Assembly (NCBI GenBank): GCA_038496445.1
Contig: JALMLS010000173.1
Span: 62,001 to 126,000 of the forward strand
Source: Trichosphaerium sp. ATCC 40318
Lineage: Eukaryota > Protista > Tubulinea
Direction of reading: 5' to 3'
DNA length: 64,000 nucleotides
A model generated the notes under the pieces. The model was not told the origin of the DNA. It ran no database searches and worked only from the letters and a program-made list of their open reading frames with translations. Numbering within the stretch: the first letter of the stretch is position 1; each line of letters opens with the position of its first letter. The position numbers were made by a program, and so were the translations under genes. Of the stretch, positions 37,396 through 50,280 are shown one piece after another.

Positions 37396-38964
37396 ATGGA
37401 GGAGAAGGAAACAGATTTATTACCTTTTGAATCGTTTCCGCGTGAAATACTTGTGTTAATCATCTATAACCTCGATGTGGAACATTTGGTAGCTCTTGGC
37501 GCTACTTCTAAGTCTTTTAGATCATTTACATCTGATAACATTTTGTGGCAATGGTTTTACGCCCAACAGTTCGTATCAGAGCCTAAAGGTACCGATTCAA
37601 GCGTTTAAATACAATTTACAAACAAACTTCAACAGGTGATAACATCAAGAGCGCTTTTATCTACGACTGGACACATAAGGTACTAATCTAACTGAATCCA
37701 TTGCAACCTATCAAAACAAAGCCCTCTAGGAGCTACGAATTTCGTTTTTTTTCAAAAACTACATTCTAGAGGTGTTAACAGCTTTCTTGTAGGTGGTCAT
37801 GCTCTCAGTTTCCAGGTGATCTCTTTTAAACGTCTCGCTACTAGAACACGTTAACGTCTTCCCAGTTCGTATGGTAACGAAGTATTAAAACATATACCAA
37901 AGTTGGAAATGTCAAAGACCTCCATAAGAAAAATCACAGCGTCTGACATTGAAGTACGTGTTTACACCGAGAAAGTTAACTTGAACACTACCTAATACAA
38001 CATGTATTTTTAAGATAAAGTGTTCTTTCTGTGGAGATGGAGGCGTAGGATGTGTATGTCAAGGTTTTTTTTTTCTGTCACGTGATAAAACACGTGTTTT
38101 TGAGTTAACTCAACAAACTCTTGATAATAGACTGCTATAATTACAAGATACATAACTGGTCGGTTCCTGGATGGATACGATCCAACAATAGGTAAGTGAA
38201 GCTTTAGTAACATGACTTGTTGCATTGTACTTCATGATACTACCTACCACTCACACTGAATTTAGAAGACGAAACGATAATGTACATCAAAAAGGGAAAT
38301 TGGTATGCTAAATTTAGTGTACTAGCTACCACCGGCCAAGAAGAGTGCGTACACATATCAGACTTCCATTTTCGTGTTTTGTCTTTGTGAATTTACTTCT
38401 TATCAGGTACATAGAAATGCGTGATTCATATATGCACAGGCGAGACATATTTGTTCTTGTTTACTCTAGTAGCAGTAGACCAAGCTTTGATGAACTTGTA
38501 TCGTTTAGAGACCAGATCATTCGTGTTAATGATATCGAAGTATTCTCAATGATACTAGTACTGCTCTTTTGCTGTGATTTTCGTGATGGTTCTGGACTGT
38601 TTGGTCACTTTGTATGTAGGTTGCGAATAAGTGTGATCTAGTTGATGAAATACAAGTACCCGAGTCTGAAGGTATAGAACGTGCAAAGTCATGGGGAGCA
38701 CGTTTTATTTCTGTTAGTTGTAAAACAGGACAAAATATTGAAAAGCTTTTTGAACTTATCGTTGAACTCTATCAACAAATGGTGTTAAAGTTGCAGCCAC
38801 CTGTAAGGTATTGTCTATTTACAACTTTTTTGGTTTGATTTTGCTATAATTTTTTTAAATTATTTCGATTTCACACGTGTTACATTCCTAACCCTAAAAA
38901 TAGTACTACAAAAAGTAAATCCAAGATATCCAAATTTTTCTCTAAGATGCTTGGCAAGAAATGA
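37396..38964 (+). CDS. F-box + Ras-family GTPase fusion protein
   Basis: FESFPREILVLIIYNLD..L..TSKSFR..DNILW (F-box); GDGGVG|KT, YDPTI|ED, ATTGQEE, VANKCDL, SCKTGQNI. Confidence 0.85.
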
Positions 38965-39331
38965 TGTAACTTGTACAAACTAAGCACTTAATTAATGGCA
39001 CTCAATATAATTACAAAGAACACCATGATGATTCAGTTGTAAATAGCATAGCACAAGATTATCAAACTTGCACAAAGAATAGGCTGTGTGGTTAAGTCAT
39101 TTTTCTATGATATGTGCACTTAGGTGAAAACAATTTAAACTGTAAAGGTTATAGAGCAGAGTGTGCACATATGTGCTTGATAATGAATAAACAAGTCAGG
39201 TGCGGCTACTACCGCTACCAATATACGTACAGCAACATCTTTGATAAGAGACAAGGGGACGGTGAGTCAGAAGAGTAGAGATTCCACATTAAACAGAAAA
39301 GAATATGAAGTTTCTGCTTTTATTCAATACA

Positions 39332-42300
39332 TCACAACTGTATGTATCCACATGCGCGTTTTCTTAGTGTGTCTAGATCTATTGACCCATTCTTATATCG
39401 TTTCACATTCTTTTCTAACCATCTATTGGCTTTCAAAGCGACTAGTGACCATTCATTTGAATTTGATTTATACTTCTTTTTTAAGAACTCTAAAACAATC
39501 GCTGTTGCTAATATATCGTCTATACTATCTCCTATACTTAAACCAATTACTGGTAGTACTTTTGATCCAATCCAACTTCCGTTAGACTTTTGAAGACGGA
39601 TTATTTTCTTGAATGTGAAATCATCTGTTTTTCTTTCTTCTACCATCTTTTCTGCTTCTTCATCACAACTGTCATCTCTGCTTTCGTCACTGTCGCTACC
39701 CAACATATCAATATCATTTGAACTATCACATACTGTTAGTTGTGCTGATTCGCTTGTCAACTGTCCGGCAAGGCTTCGTTGCAATCCACCGGCGCTTCTT
39801 TTTAGTTTTTTTTGCAACATTTTTTTGGACTTTTCTCCTTGGGTAGAAGTGGCCATTGCATCCCAAGGATTTTTACTACGCTTTCTCTTTCTGGATGCCG
39901 TTCTGGATGGCCCATTTGTACGTACAGCGTTGTAGCAGTTTAGTGAGAGTTGATTGCTTAGAGTAGCAGGTACAACTTGGTTTATCTTTTCTCCACTGTG
40001 TTCATCAACAAGTACAAAGGAAGTAAATGATGATAAGACATTGTACCTAAATAAAAAAAATTAAACTTGGAATGGTAATAATTAGACAATCTGCAAAGAA
40101 AAGAAAAAAGTGACAACGATTTTACTTAAACAAGGTTTTTTTGTTGGGTTCTCCTATGGCGTACTTTGATGATAGCTCCTTGATTTTATGCTTTGTTGCT
40201 ACCAATTTTGGGTTTACATTTGGCATACAAGCGGCTATGCCGAGTGTCAAGTCACTAAGAGTAATAAGTAATCAACAAATACAGTTTTCCATTTTTTATT
40301 CAAAGAAAGTCGTACTTGATAATTTCTGAGGTTGCCAACTTTGAAATAACATCTCCTTTGATCTTAATGGCATCTTTAAATTCTATTTTATCCTCTAGAT
40401 GATTTCCAAACGGTAAAGTACCGCTGACAATAAAGTGATTTGGTTCAATAGGTTTTTCATAAAGATAGTACGCCAAAAGTGTATCGCCATTACTAGTATC
40501 ACATGATAAGCACGTGATCAAATACTTCTAATTTAAAATCACCAGTGTTGTAACGTACCTTTTAGCAGATATTTTGTGCGGTGAACACAGTTTCAGGTCG
40601 ATAACATTATCATCTTTGCCGCAAGCGTTTATTCTCATATTAGCAATACTTGGATATAAACTTCTATTTAACTGCTTTATAACAGCGCTTTGAAGTCTTT
40701 GCCCTTCTCTTACTAATTCATAAGAACCTCCTCCTTGTCTAGCCATCTCTACATGACGATTTAGACCACAATCCAATGAAGAAAAAGAAAAAATAACATA
40801 CGTATGACTTGATCCTTTGCAACGCTCTGACCCAAGCCAACACTGAAAAGGCGACATGTTGCATTTGTTTTATCAGAAATCAACTTCAATACAAGAGTCT
40901 ATAATACACGTATAAGAAACTAAGGATCATTGTTGATGTAAGTGCGTACCTTTTGGTCTACACCACCATCAGTCAATACCATGAAAATACGGTGCATATC
41001 TTTTTTTTCTGGTTTTTGGTTAAAAGCATAAAACAAAGGTTTATACAGCTTTGTTTGTCCTAAGTCAGGTTTCACTGTATCAACGTGGTTGCTTGCAATT
41101 TCCAAGTTCTTGTCATTATAAGGTACACTCTTCTCAAATAATTTAGTGAACTTTGTGCCGAATCCCAAAACTAAGAAAATAGTTAGAAAATCAAACGAAT
41201 ATTTAACGTAAAAAACTTGACATAACAGGTTCTTTCAAAAAGAAACCATGATTATGTACTACTAAGCATAACCAAATAGAAGCAAATATAAAGATGTTGA
41301 AAGCATAAACGAAAAAAAAGCAAGTGCCTGGTAACATTTTGCGTGCTTTTTTTTTGAAGAGAAAAAAAAATCAATGCACTTTCTCGTAACAGCTGGTTTT
41401 GTACTAAAAATTTACTTCTCGCTTTCTGGTTGACAAAAAATGTAATTACAACGACCACGTACTATTAAAGAATGATCCTTCTGGAAGTGATCTTAGGAAT
41501 AATTGTAAAGCATCTTTTGCAGAAGCCATACGTCCTTCACGTCTCATACTTCCACTTCGATCAAGAATAAAAACAAATTCTCTTTGTGGTTCGTTCTCGA
41601 ATGTAGGTACTTCTAACCTTGATAAAATCATGGAAGCACGTATTTTATCATTGTCATCATATTCAACCCATAATTGAGGCTTCCATGAGTTATCCAAACC
41701 AATAACAACATCAAAATCTTTACCGTCTTTTGACCACTCTCCTCTTAATTTCAATGTCTTATCACCGGTCTTGTCTTGCTTGCAATCATGTGTTGTTACG
41801 ATACTTTTAATAACACAAGGTGCTGTTATATTCACATCAACTATCGTAGGCTCTTCTGTATCAAACATACGCAGAGATGAAGGAATACTGAAAAGTAATT
41901 TTTCGCCTTCAAAATCCAAAGCACGTGCGAAAGCGATTGATACTTTGATTGTCGTAGCAGATACGAAATTACCAATTGTCAATTTATATTTCCCTGGTGT
42001 TCCTATTGACAAATATATAAGAACGAGGGTTGGAGAAGAGTAAGAACAAAAAAAACGTTTTTTCTCTTTTTTTTCCTCCTTTTTGGCTTACATACCTGTT
42101 TTCTCGAACAAAACAGCTCCGTGACCTTCCGCCATGGCATCGTCGTATGTCTCGGATGCTTCTTGCGCTTCTTTAATAACGGCAGTGATAGTTTTACCAT
42201 CTCGCGTTATTGACAGTCCAGTAATTGTATAAGTCATAAAATCGAGTTCATATACTAATTCTACTGCGTTTGAGCTAACATTAGTGATTTCGTGATGTTC

Positions 42301-42563
42301 AGTAATTTCTGCATGCGTTCCGAATAGCTCGACGCTATTAAAAAGGTGTAAGTGATATTTAACTCATTTGGAAGTTATTTCACGTACTTGAACTGACATT
42401 TGGATACTTTAAGCTGTTCAGTTGTAAAACCATGCTGTAGCAGGTTTGGTGTGGCTAAAAATGGGTTTCGCACGGTTGCTGGCGGGTTATATGGCCTCCA
42501 ACCCATGCCAAAAGCTACACGACGTCTTGTCATCCGTACAGGATTTAGTACAGCAGCAGCCAT
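39332..42563 (-). CDS. VIT + von Willebrand factor A domain protein (vWA5A-like)
   Basis: VIT-like AVIKEAQEASETYDDAMAEGHGAVL; MIDAS motif FILDRSGSM; VLTDG; C-terminal LQKSNGSW..ATAIVLEFL..WSLVALKA. Confidence 0.88.
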
Positions 42564-43397
42564 TAGGGTATTGTGTTTTCCTTATGTGTTGTGTTACGCA
42601 ACTTGATAAATGATCCGGTTGAGGTGTTCAATGAAACAAAACTGAACCAACTTCCTTGCTTTTTCTTTTCTTTTTTGATGTTTGTTCCCTTTAAAAATAA
42701 TGACCTTCTTGGCTTTTGTGCTGATACAGCTTTCTAAAAGAACGTAGTCTCTTCCATAATTTTGATCACATCACGCCGTCATTTCTTGCGCGCAACACAC
42801 ATGTGGGTTGAACGGATTCATTAACTGGGCACTGTAGTTCATTGCTCACATTACACTAAGCCTACTGTATTCATTGTTACTGCGCATGCCGTAGAACAAT
42901 CTTATTGTAAACAAAGCTACCTAAAGCACGTGTTAAGCCTCCGATATAAACAAAGTGAGCAACCTTTAACTCAGAGAGGCACATGACAACCAACACTAAA
43001 CAAACTGATTCAGGTTTTTTTGTGGAGACATAATATTTTCCACCAGAATAACACTAAAATCCACTCGAGTGGATTTTGGTACCTAGCACATATTAACCTG
43101 TGCTGCCACACCCACCAATGGATGACATTTTGTGAGCGAAGGTCGGGTTCTTGTCCCGAGCGAAAGCGAACAGTGCTCTATATTAGCTTGCATTCGCTGT
43201 CCCATACTCGAATAGTGTAAAACCAAAACTGGGAATACAAATAATCCATTTGAGTGCCTGAAGCTCGGTTTTTGTTTAAGACACGGTTTAAGGCCGCTTA
43301 CTTTCGCGTGATATCCAAGTTCTCCTCGGTTTCCATTATTTCAATTTAAACTTGGTTTGTTGCTTATGGTTTTTGTTTATTTTTTTTCTCGTACTTG

Positions 43398-46300
43398 TCA
43401 TAAGTTGACAAATTTGAAGTATTGATTGAGCGATAAGTCTTTAAGCTTTAAGTATGGTATATCCTCACTTGCAGCAACTTTTCTATTCCAAGGAGGTAAT
43501 ATACTTCTTGTAGTGTAACCATTATCTTCCGCTGATGTTTCTTGTAAAATTGCTATATCAATACATTCAGAAGAACAACAAAAGCTATACGATGCAGCAT
43601 TGATACTATTATCAGTTGTTTTATAAGAACCAAAGGCACGTATACGTGGTTGATACTTAGGTAATTCTTTAGCACACTGTTTGCAATAAGAAGTACGATT
43701 TGGTTTATAATCAAGATGCCATTGAGTTTGATTACGCTCTAGAGAAGCAAGTAAGAAAAAAATAGGAATTTTTTTTATTGTAAGTACGCACCAAGGAGTT
43801 GTTTGAATTTTAAGTCTGGTCTTAGTCTTACGAACTGGGGATTTTGTGGAATACCAAAATGACCATCTACACTATACCTGTAGCTGAATATTTGCTTACC
43901 AGATAGATTACGTAAAGTGTACGGTAATGCAATACTAAATTTTTCTCCAGTATCGCTTAACAGCATATTAATGTTAAGTACGATTAAATGAAACAAAGTT
44001 TGTTAACGTACGTAATGCAGTTCATAACATGATCCTCATCTTGTTCTTCATCATGTTTTTCTACTTGTTTATGTACTGATACTATAATACCTTCTCTTTG
44101 TTTTATAGTCTCATAAATCAATGCACTATCTGATAACCCAGGTGTATACTTTGATGATCCATCAACTAGGTACAAACCAAGAGCTTTTAAAAGGTAAGTA
44201 TGTCTTCATTCTTTTGTGTACAAAGATGCTCCACATACTATTGTTCATGTCTTCCCTAGCGTCTTGTATCATCAAGCCAAACTCTTCAGAGTGTGAGCAC
44301 TTAGCATATGGTACTACCTTCACGCTAACGTAAACAGTCAGATATATTACAAACCAATAACATGTTGATTTGTTTTATTGAGAACGTACTGAGGTGCTTC
44401 CTCGTTTATCCAGTATTTCATATTATCTAGTCTTTGACTGAAATTATCACGGGACATTGGCATATCAAACGCATAAAAGATAATATCATTCCAGTCACTT
44501 ACACTAAAAGAAAGTCAATGTGAGTGCTTTTTCAAAAGCAAACAATAGCGTACTATTGTTGCTTATGTGGGTCATATGATGCTCGATCATAGGTCTCAAG
44601 CATACCAGCCATGTCATCGGACCTAAATCAATAAACAAGTGGAAACAAACATAATTGGTGTACCTAAGTTGGCCTTCAAGAGGAACATGTTCAGGAAATT
44701 CTTGCAACCATTCCATTGGTGCGTTTACTTTGATACCAAAAGTATTGTAAAGAGCAAAACCATCCCAGAATACACGAACACCATCCCGGATACGTGTGAC
44801 CCACCTGAAACATACTTGAGTAAACAGATAGTAAAGAAAATAAGAAATAACTAGAACGTACCAACCAGTTGTATCTATTGTATTTCTGTATCTACCATAC
44901 CTCATCAAGCTAATTGCTGATACATTGTAAAGCGTTGGCTCTATGTTGAAATGAGATAAGTTATCACTAGGTTGTTTTGTTCAGTACCTTGCATCGTTGG
45001 TGGATCTGTTGGGATTCTCCGACCTAAAATATTATCAGTATACAATCAATTTCAAAGTATAACACACCTTGCCCTGGGTCAGGGAAAGCATCAGGTCTGT
45101 AATAGTTCATAGTCGCAAGAAGTGAACTACGTTTAAAATCCCACCAATATGGTATTTCCACAAGGGTAATACCAGCCTCTGCACAAGCTTCCCTAAAGCC
45201 ATAAAAATTAAAACATACGAAATATCTAATGAACTTTACTTTTTTTCTGCATCTCTTGCAATTTGATTAGCAGGTGATCCATTTAGATAATGTCTCATAT
45301 AATGTTGTTCCCCTATAGTACAACTTTAGTTATCAACACTTCCGTAAACCCATGTACCCTGGTACTCTATGGCAAGCTTGTATTTTGGAATGTACATATC
45401 GAGTTCCATTTTATAACCGGATTGTTTAAAATACAATGCTTCTCCCCTCCAGTTACTCAATACCTCTTCTCCTTCCAAAAAGCTCCTATAGTGGAAAATA
45501 TATTAACAAGATAGCTAGTTTATAAATAATCACGTGCTTGATAATTTTATAAGCATAACGTTGTGTTTTCTCGTTAGCAGCTGAGAACTTTCTTATATTC
45601 CATTTTTTTTCTGGAAAATGTGTTTTCAAAAGTTTTATGATACCACCTTGCTGTTTGAACACATATCCTCCTTTCATCTGATCAAGCTCTCCTCTACCAA
45701 CAAGATACCTATTTAATATCTATTAGAAAAGGAAGCATAGACACACTACAGCCAACAAGTGATTTGGCGAAAAACAGCAAAAAAAAACGTCATTGAAAAG
45801 CAAGGCCTTGTTAGCGACCTGCTATTTAATGATCAATGAGCATTCATATCAAGCTAATACACGTCTTTTTTGCTAGCTCAACAGCGTACCAATCATCCAA
45901 GTCTTTCATTTCAAGTTCTTGCATAACCCACAATAAGTACGCTTTCTGATTTTTATCGTTATTGAAATACCCACGTGGAGTTGATTTAAATAACCAAGGA
46001 TGCCAATCAGTATCTCTGTAAGCAGCTCTTAATACACCTGCAGGTGACCCTTTATGAGAGTCAAGTAAAGTGGCACCACCGCATGCACTAAAATCGCCTG
46101 CTGTACAAGTATACCAGTCCTCAATCTTCTTAAAACCAAGCTTCTTGCTCATCTCACTTAAGAAAATTCTTACGTTTTTAACTTCATCCCAGAACCCAGA
46201 ATGTACTTTAGTAAACCGCCATTGAGTCCAAGAATGTGAAGGAAAAATAGATGTTAAAAGAACTCTTGGTGAACTTTGATACATCTCAAGAAGACCTCCT

Positions 46301-47344
46301 GCGCCTGCATTCATAAAATCTTCTCTTTTAACTATATGCCAATCATCAAGTGTTTTTAAGGATACCTCTGATGCCATGTAATGAAGGAATTGTACTATGT
46401 TATCTCTGTTTTTCCAAAATCCAATCGGCGCTTTTTCAAAACGCCAAAGTTGCCATTCATGCTCAGGATACACCTCTTTAAGTATATCATACAAGCTACC
46501 ATAGGTTTTAAGTAAAGTAGAACCACCATTTTTTTTTATATCATCACGTGTTACATTGTACCATTGGTCAAGATTTTTACTTTCAAAAGAATCTTCAATG
46601 TCATGTATAAATTCTTTGACATTTTTCTTATCTTCCCAGAACCCACGTGGTACTTTTCCAAATCTCCATAACCTCCAATGATGCTCTGGAAAACACTTTT
46701 GTAAGGTAGTATAAATAGATCCTTTGTAGAATGTCAGGACATGAGAGGCATTGTTTTCGTTAAAATCCGCTTTTGTTACGTTGTACCAATCTTTCCAATC
46801 TTTGAACCCTAAAACCCTTTCTAGCTCCTTTAAAACCCGTACATGGTTAGCTTTATTTGTCCAGAAACCAGGTGGCTTGTTTAAAAACCGAGCAACGTCC
46901 CAAGAAGCGTCTGGAATCGTTTTTTCGAGAACTTTTGATAAATCTCCGTTATATTGTTTGTGATTAAGCAATGTAGAACCACCACGAAGCTTTTTAAACT
47001 CTTTGGAAGATATTTTGTACCAATCTGATTGCTCGTTTATGCCTAACTCATTCGCTGCCCAACCTATGTACTACACGGTTCGTTAAACGCTAAATCACCC
47101 ACGGATTAAGTGTTTCGTTTACTTTTTATTCGGATTTTTTCGGAAACACGTATAGCAGGTATAAAAAAAGCGCTAGAAGGTAAAGCGAGCGTCGTACTTG
47201 TTTTTGATAATCTAAATTGCCCCACTTGTGTCTATTGAAGTAAAACTGCTCTTTTGGAGCTTCAGTAGAATATTTTACGCGTTTGGTAATGTTTTGAGCG
47301 CATTTAGTAGTTAAATTGTTGACAATAGAAGTAGAGCGGTACAT
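43398..47344 (-). CDS. Multidomain protein: Trp-rich 75-aa repeats + PD-(D/E)XK-like nuclease + pseudo DNA ligase + Cys zinc finger
   Basis: Six DW(Y/H)..GG..LL..FP..W..WRF..PxGFW repeats; MELDMYIPKYKLAIEYQG|EQHY..GITLVEIPYWWD; TTGW|WVTRIRDGVRVFWDG..APMEW..PLEGQL..FYAFDMP..GIPQNPQFVRLRPD; CKQC..PRI..CCSSEC. Confidence 0.8.
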
Positions 47345-47792
47345 AGCTCACTATCGCTACCCAGTCACGCGTGTAGTGCATAGGAAACCATTTAACTACA
47401 CTAAGTCTGCTTTATGTGAACCCTTTCTGTGAAGTTGTTTTAGGTCTGGCAGGTTCCGCAATTGGAGAGGGTGGCATAACGTGGTATGAAAGAAGGGAAG
47501 TGTAGGCACAGTACACACATATCTCGAACTCGTCATACCTGGTAGTGGGAAGTACAATTAATATCTCGTTTTACGTTTTTCCCAATGTAGGTTAGCAAAA
47601 CAAATTAAGCGGATTTTTGATTCCGCATGCTCATTTAGCTAGAATTAGATACGTGACTTTGTTGGATCAACAAGTTCTAAGCGTGTTTGTTTGTATTAGC
47701 GCTTATATATCACTGGCACGTGACATGCTGTAATCGCGAATGAATTGTGAACGACCAGCCCTGAACAAGTCAATGCCTGAAATTACACTTTA

Positions 47793-48248
47793 TTATAAAG
47801 TATTCAAAGCTAAAAACACTGATACAACTATCAACATAAATTTCAAAGCATAGCGAGATCCGTCACTGCATAATACTGCTGTAAGCATGCCATCAGTCTG
47901 TGAGCAATTTACAGCATTGTTTAAATCATTCTCCAAGCTATAATCACAACGAACGGTGTTGGTACCGCTTAGGTTTGGCTGATCTTTTATGTAAAAGTTT
48001 TTTGCGTTGTCCTTGCATTTCGTACTCCCAAAGCTTAAAAAACCGAAGCACAGGATGTCTGAGAACTCTCCGCGCACTGGTAAGCACTCATTAGCGAATC
48101 CGTTAGAGTATTCGATTGTAAAGTTGCCCACCACTCTCGTGCTGTTGATGATGGAGCATTGGTAGACTCCGCAAGACGTTTGTGCAAAACTGGATGCCAT
48201 AAATGATAGTACAATGATAATCGTTTGGATAGAGGTGTTGTGGATCAT
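47793..48248 (-). CDS. Small intronless Cys-rich secreted, possibly GPI-anchored protein
   Basis: 151-aa ORF with a hydrophobic N-terminal signal, several Cys and a hydrophobic C-terminus. Confidence 0.7.
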   Translation of the reverse strand: MIHNTSIQTIIIVLSFMASSFAQTSCGVYQCSIINSTRVVGNFTIEYSNGFANECLPVRGEFSDILCFGFLSFGSTKCKDNAKNFYIKDQPNLSGTNTVRCDYSLENDLNNAVNCSQTDGMLTAVLCSDGSRYALKFMLIVVSVFLALNTL

Positions 48249-48369
48249 GGCAGTTATAGAAGTTGTTGCCTTAAGGGCAATCGGCCCTTAAGCTGCGTCT
48301 AGATAAGACAGTCCACAATCTGATTAAGATTGGTGACATTTAATTTTTACGTAAGTTGTTTTCGCTAGA

Positions 48370-49900
48370 TCTATTGGCTGTACACGTGTTTTACTCCACA
48401 GACGTTTGGGTAAACTTCAGTTGACTTTGTATAAATCAGCAACAACAACTTCCAAAGCTTTAAAAAACATGGAGAGTAGCAATCACCCACATCCCACCCA
48501 AAAATATCCTTTTCAATTAAAAAAGTTTCTTTTATTGTCCAAGTGTTCTTGTATAACATATAGCAAATGATTGGCGCTGTGCTGAGCCGCAAGACATTTT
48601 GTCTTCCTCCCAACATTGTCTATAGTTAGTGTTCCTTGGTTAGTTGATAGAAGAAAGTAAACTGAGAGTGGTGGAATTCTAACGGTTTCGATGTTAAAAC
48701 GCATGTATTAAGCAATAATCAAGGTAAACTCAATGATCACAAGCTACCTTCAAGGAGCAATTGTAATACACCTTAGATTCTCTTGAACAAAGTGCGTTTT
48801 GAACATCACCAGTGTCACACCTCAGGATCTTGGTTTGTTTGTTTTGTGTTATAACAAGTTTGGCTAGAAATACAGTTTTCTTTTCCTCCATGATACACCA
48901 ATTTGGTGGCTTGCTCGTTAGGTCTATTGTAAGCCATGTACATAGATCTACGTCTTTAAAACTGTAAGTACGAAAAACATGCAACCAAACCAGCTGAAGT
49001 CAAACATGAGTCTTCTTGTTAAAAGCCAAGTAGACAGATTTAGGCCTTTAAAAAAAGTTAGAAAAAACTGCAAACATTTTGGCTTGAAAACAAAAGACGA
49101 AGGAATCAGTAAATGATATTGCGAAACTCACCGTTCTTGTGTAGGTTTTTTTTCGACAGCCATTATTTCATTTTCACTCAGCGATCGCTTTAAAAAGTTC
49201 TTTCCTTTAGCAGTAACTAACGCTTTGGTATTGTTATTGGTATTTTCTAATGGTTCCCTTATGTTTTTCTTGTTACGAACCGGGTTTGCAGGTTTTTTGG
49301 TAGCACGTGGTTTGGGCAACGCTTCGTACATCGAAACTGCTCGCTTTCTTTTTTTGTTATTGTCAACTGCACTGCTATCACTATACGCCGCTGCTATTGC
49401 TTCCAAAGGCGTCGTTTCTTTACTTAAGTTTGATTTTGTATTTTTTTTGAAATTGTTTTGTTTTGATGGCGGTTTCGGTAGTGCTCCATACGCAGATGCA
49501 AGCGCACGTTTTTTTTGCTTTTTCTTTATAATAAATTCGTGTGGCATTGATACACTTCTATTTCTTCGGATGTTCTTTGTACTACTACTTCTAGTGTTAA
49601 TGAACGAACAGCGTATTTTGGAATTAATATCTCATTTGTACCTTGGTTGTTCCGTTTTAAAGTGGTTTGTATTCGGAGGTATTGGTCTTATAATGTTTGT
49701 TGGGAGGTTGCTCTTTGTACTACTTATAGTGTTAATGAACGAAGAGCGTATTTTGGAATAAATTTCTCATTTTTACTACCTTGGTTCTTCCTTTTTTATG
49801 TGGCTTGTATTCGGAGGTATTGGTCTAATGATGTTTGTTGCCAGAGAAGCTCTTCTTGCTCTTCGTATACTCATGCTTGTACCAGTATTTAGTTGCTATC
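48370..49900 (-). pseudogene. Decayed coding-like sequence with Lys-rich ORF and ~140-bp internal tandem duplication
   Basis: 49128-49547 K/N-rich ORF with repeated YxALPKP; 49578-49715 is duplicated at 49716-49855; adjacent frames are broken by stops. Confidence 0.35.
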
Positions 49901-50160
49901 TTTTTTTGATCTTAAGTCAACACAAAAAACCAAAATCAATCAACAAGTGAGCCGGAAACAACTTTGAAAGTTCATTGAATGAAGACCGGTCTTTCTATAT
50001 CTCGGACCGGAAATCATTGTGTTTCTCAGCCCTCTTTAACATGTCTATTCGATGGTCCATTGTAAAGAAACTTTTTTACCGTAAAGTAGTGATCAATAAA
50101 GCTCACAAAATTGACTCAGAGCTGATGTGATTTTGTTCTATTTTTCAAGTCAATCCTAGT

Positions 50161-50280
50161 AGAAATTGTTAATAACCCTGTCGTTGGTAAGTATTGGAAG
50201 AGAAGCATGCAATGTATTTCATGTGTTTGTTTTAAGCCTTTACCTACTATCGTCGGTGGAGTTACTACTGGAATTTTTAG
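50161..50280. repeat. Dispersed repeat, copy of 461-590
   Basis: Direct similarity to 461-590. Confidence 0.8.

Noticed and set aside
43130-43310. RNase P/MRP RNA (GAAGGUCGG ... CCGCUUA pairing)
   Set aside because: A P4-like helix can be drawn, but the conserved AC of CR-V and a closing P1 are missing
49225-49761. 178-aa hydrophobic 'membrane protein' ORF on the plus strand
   Set aside because: Antisense shadow of a Lys/Asn-rich minus-strand sequence
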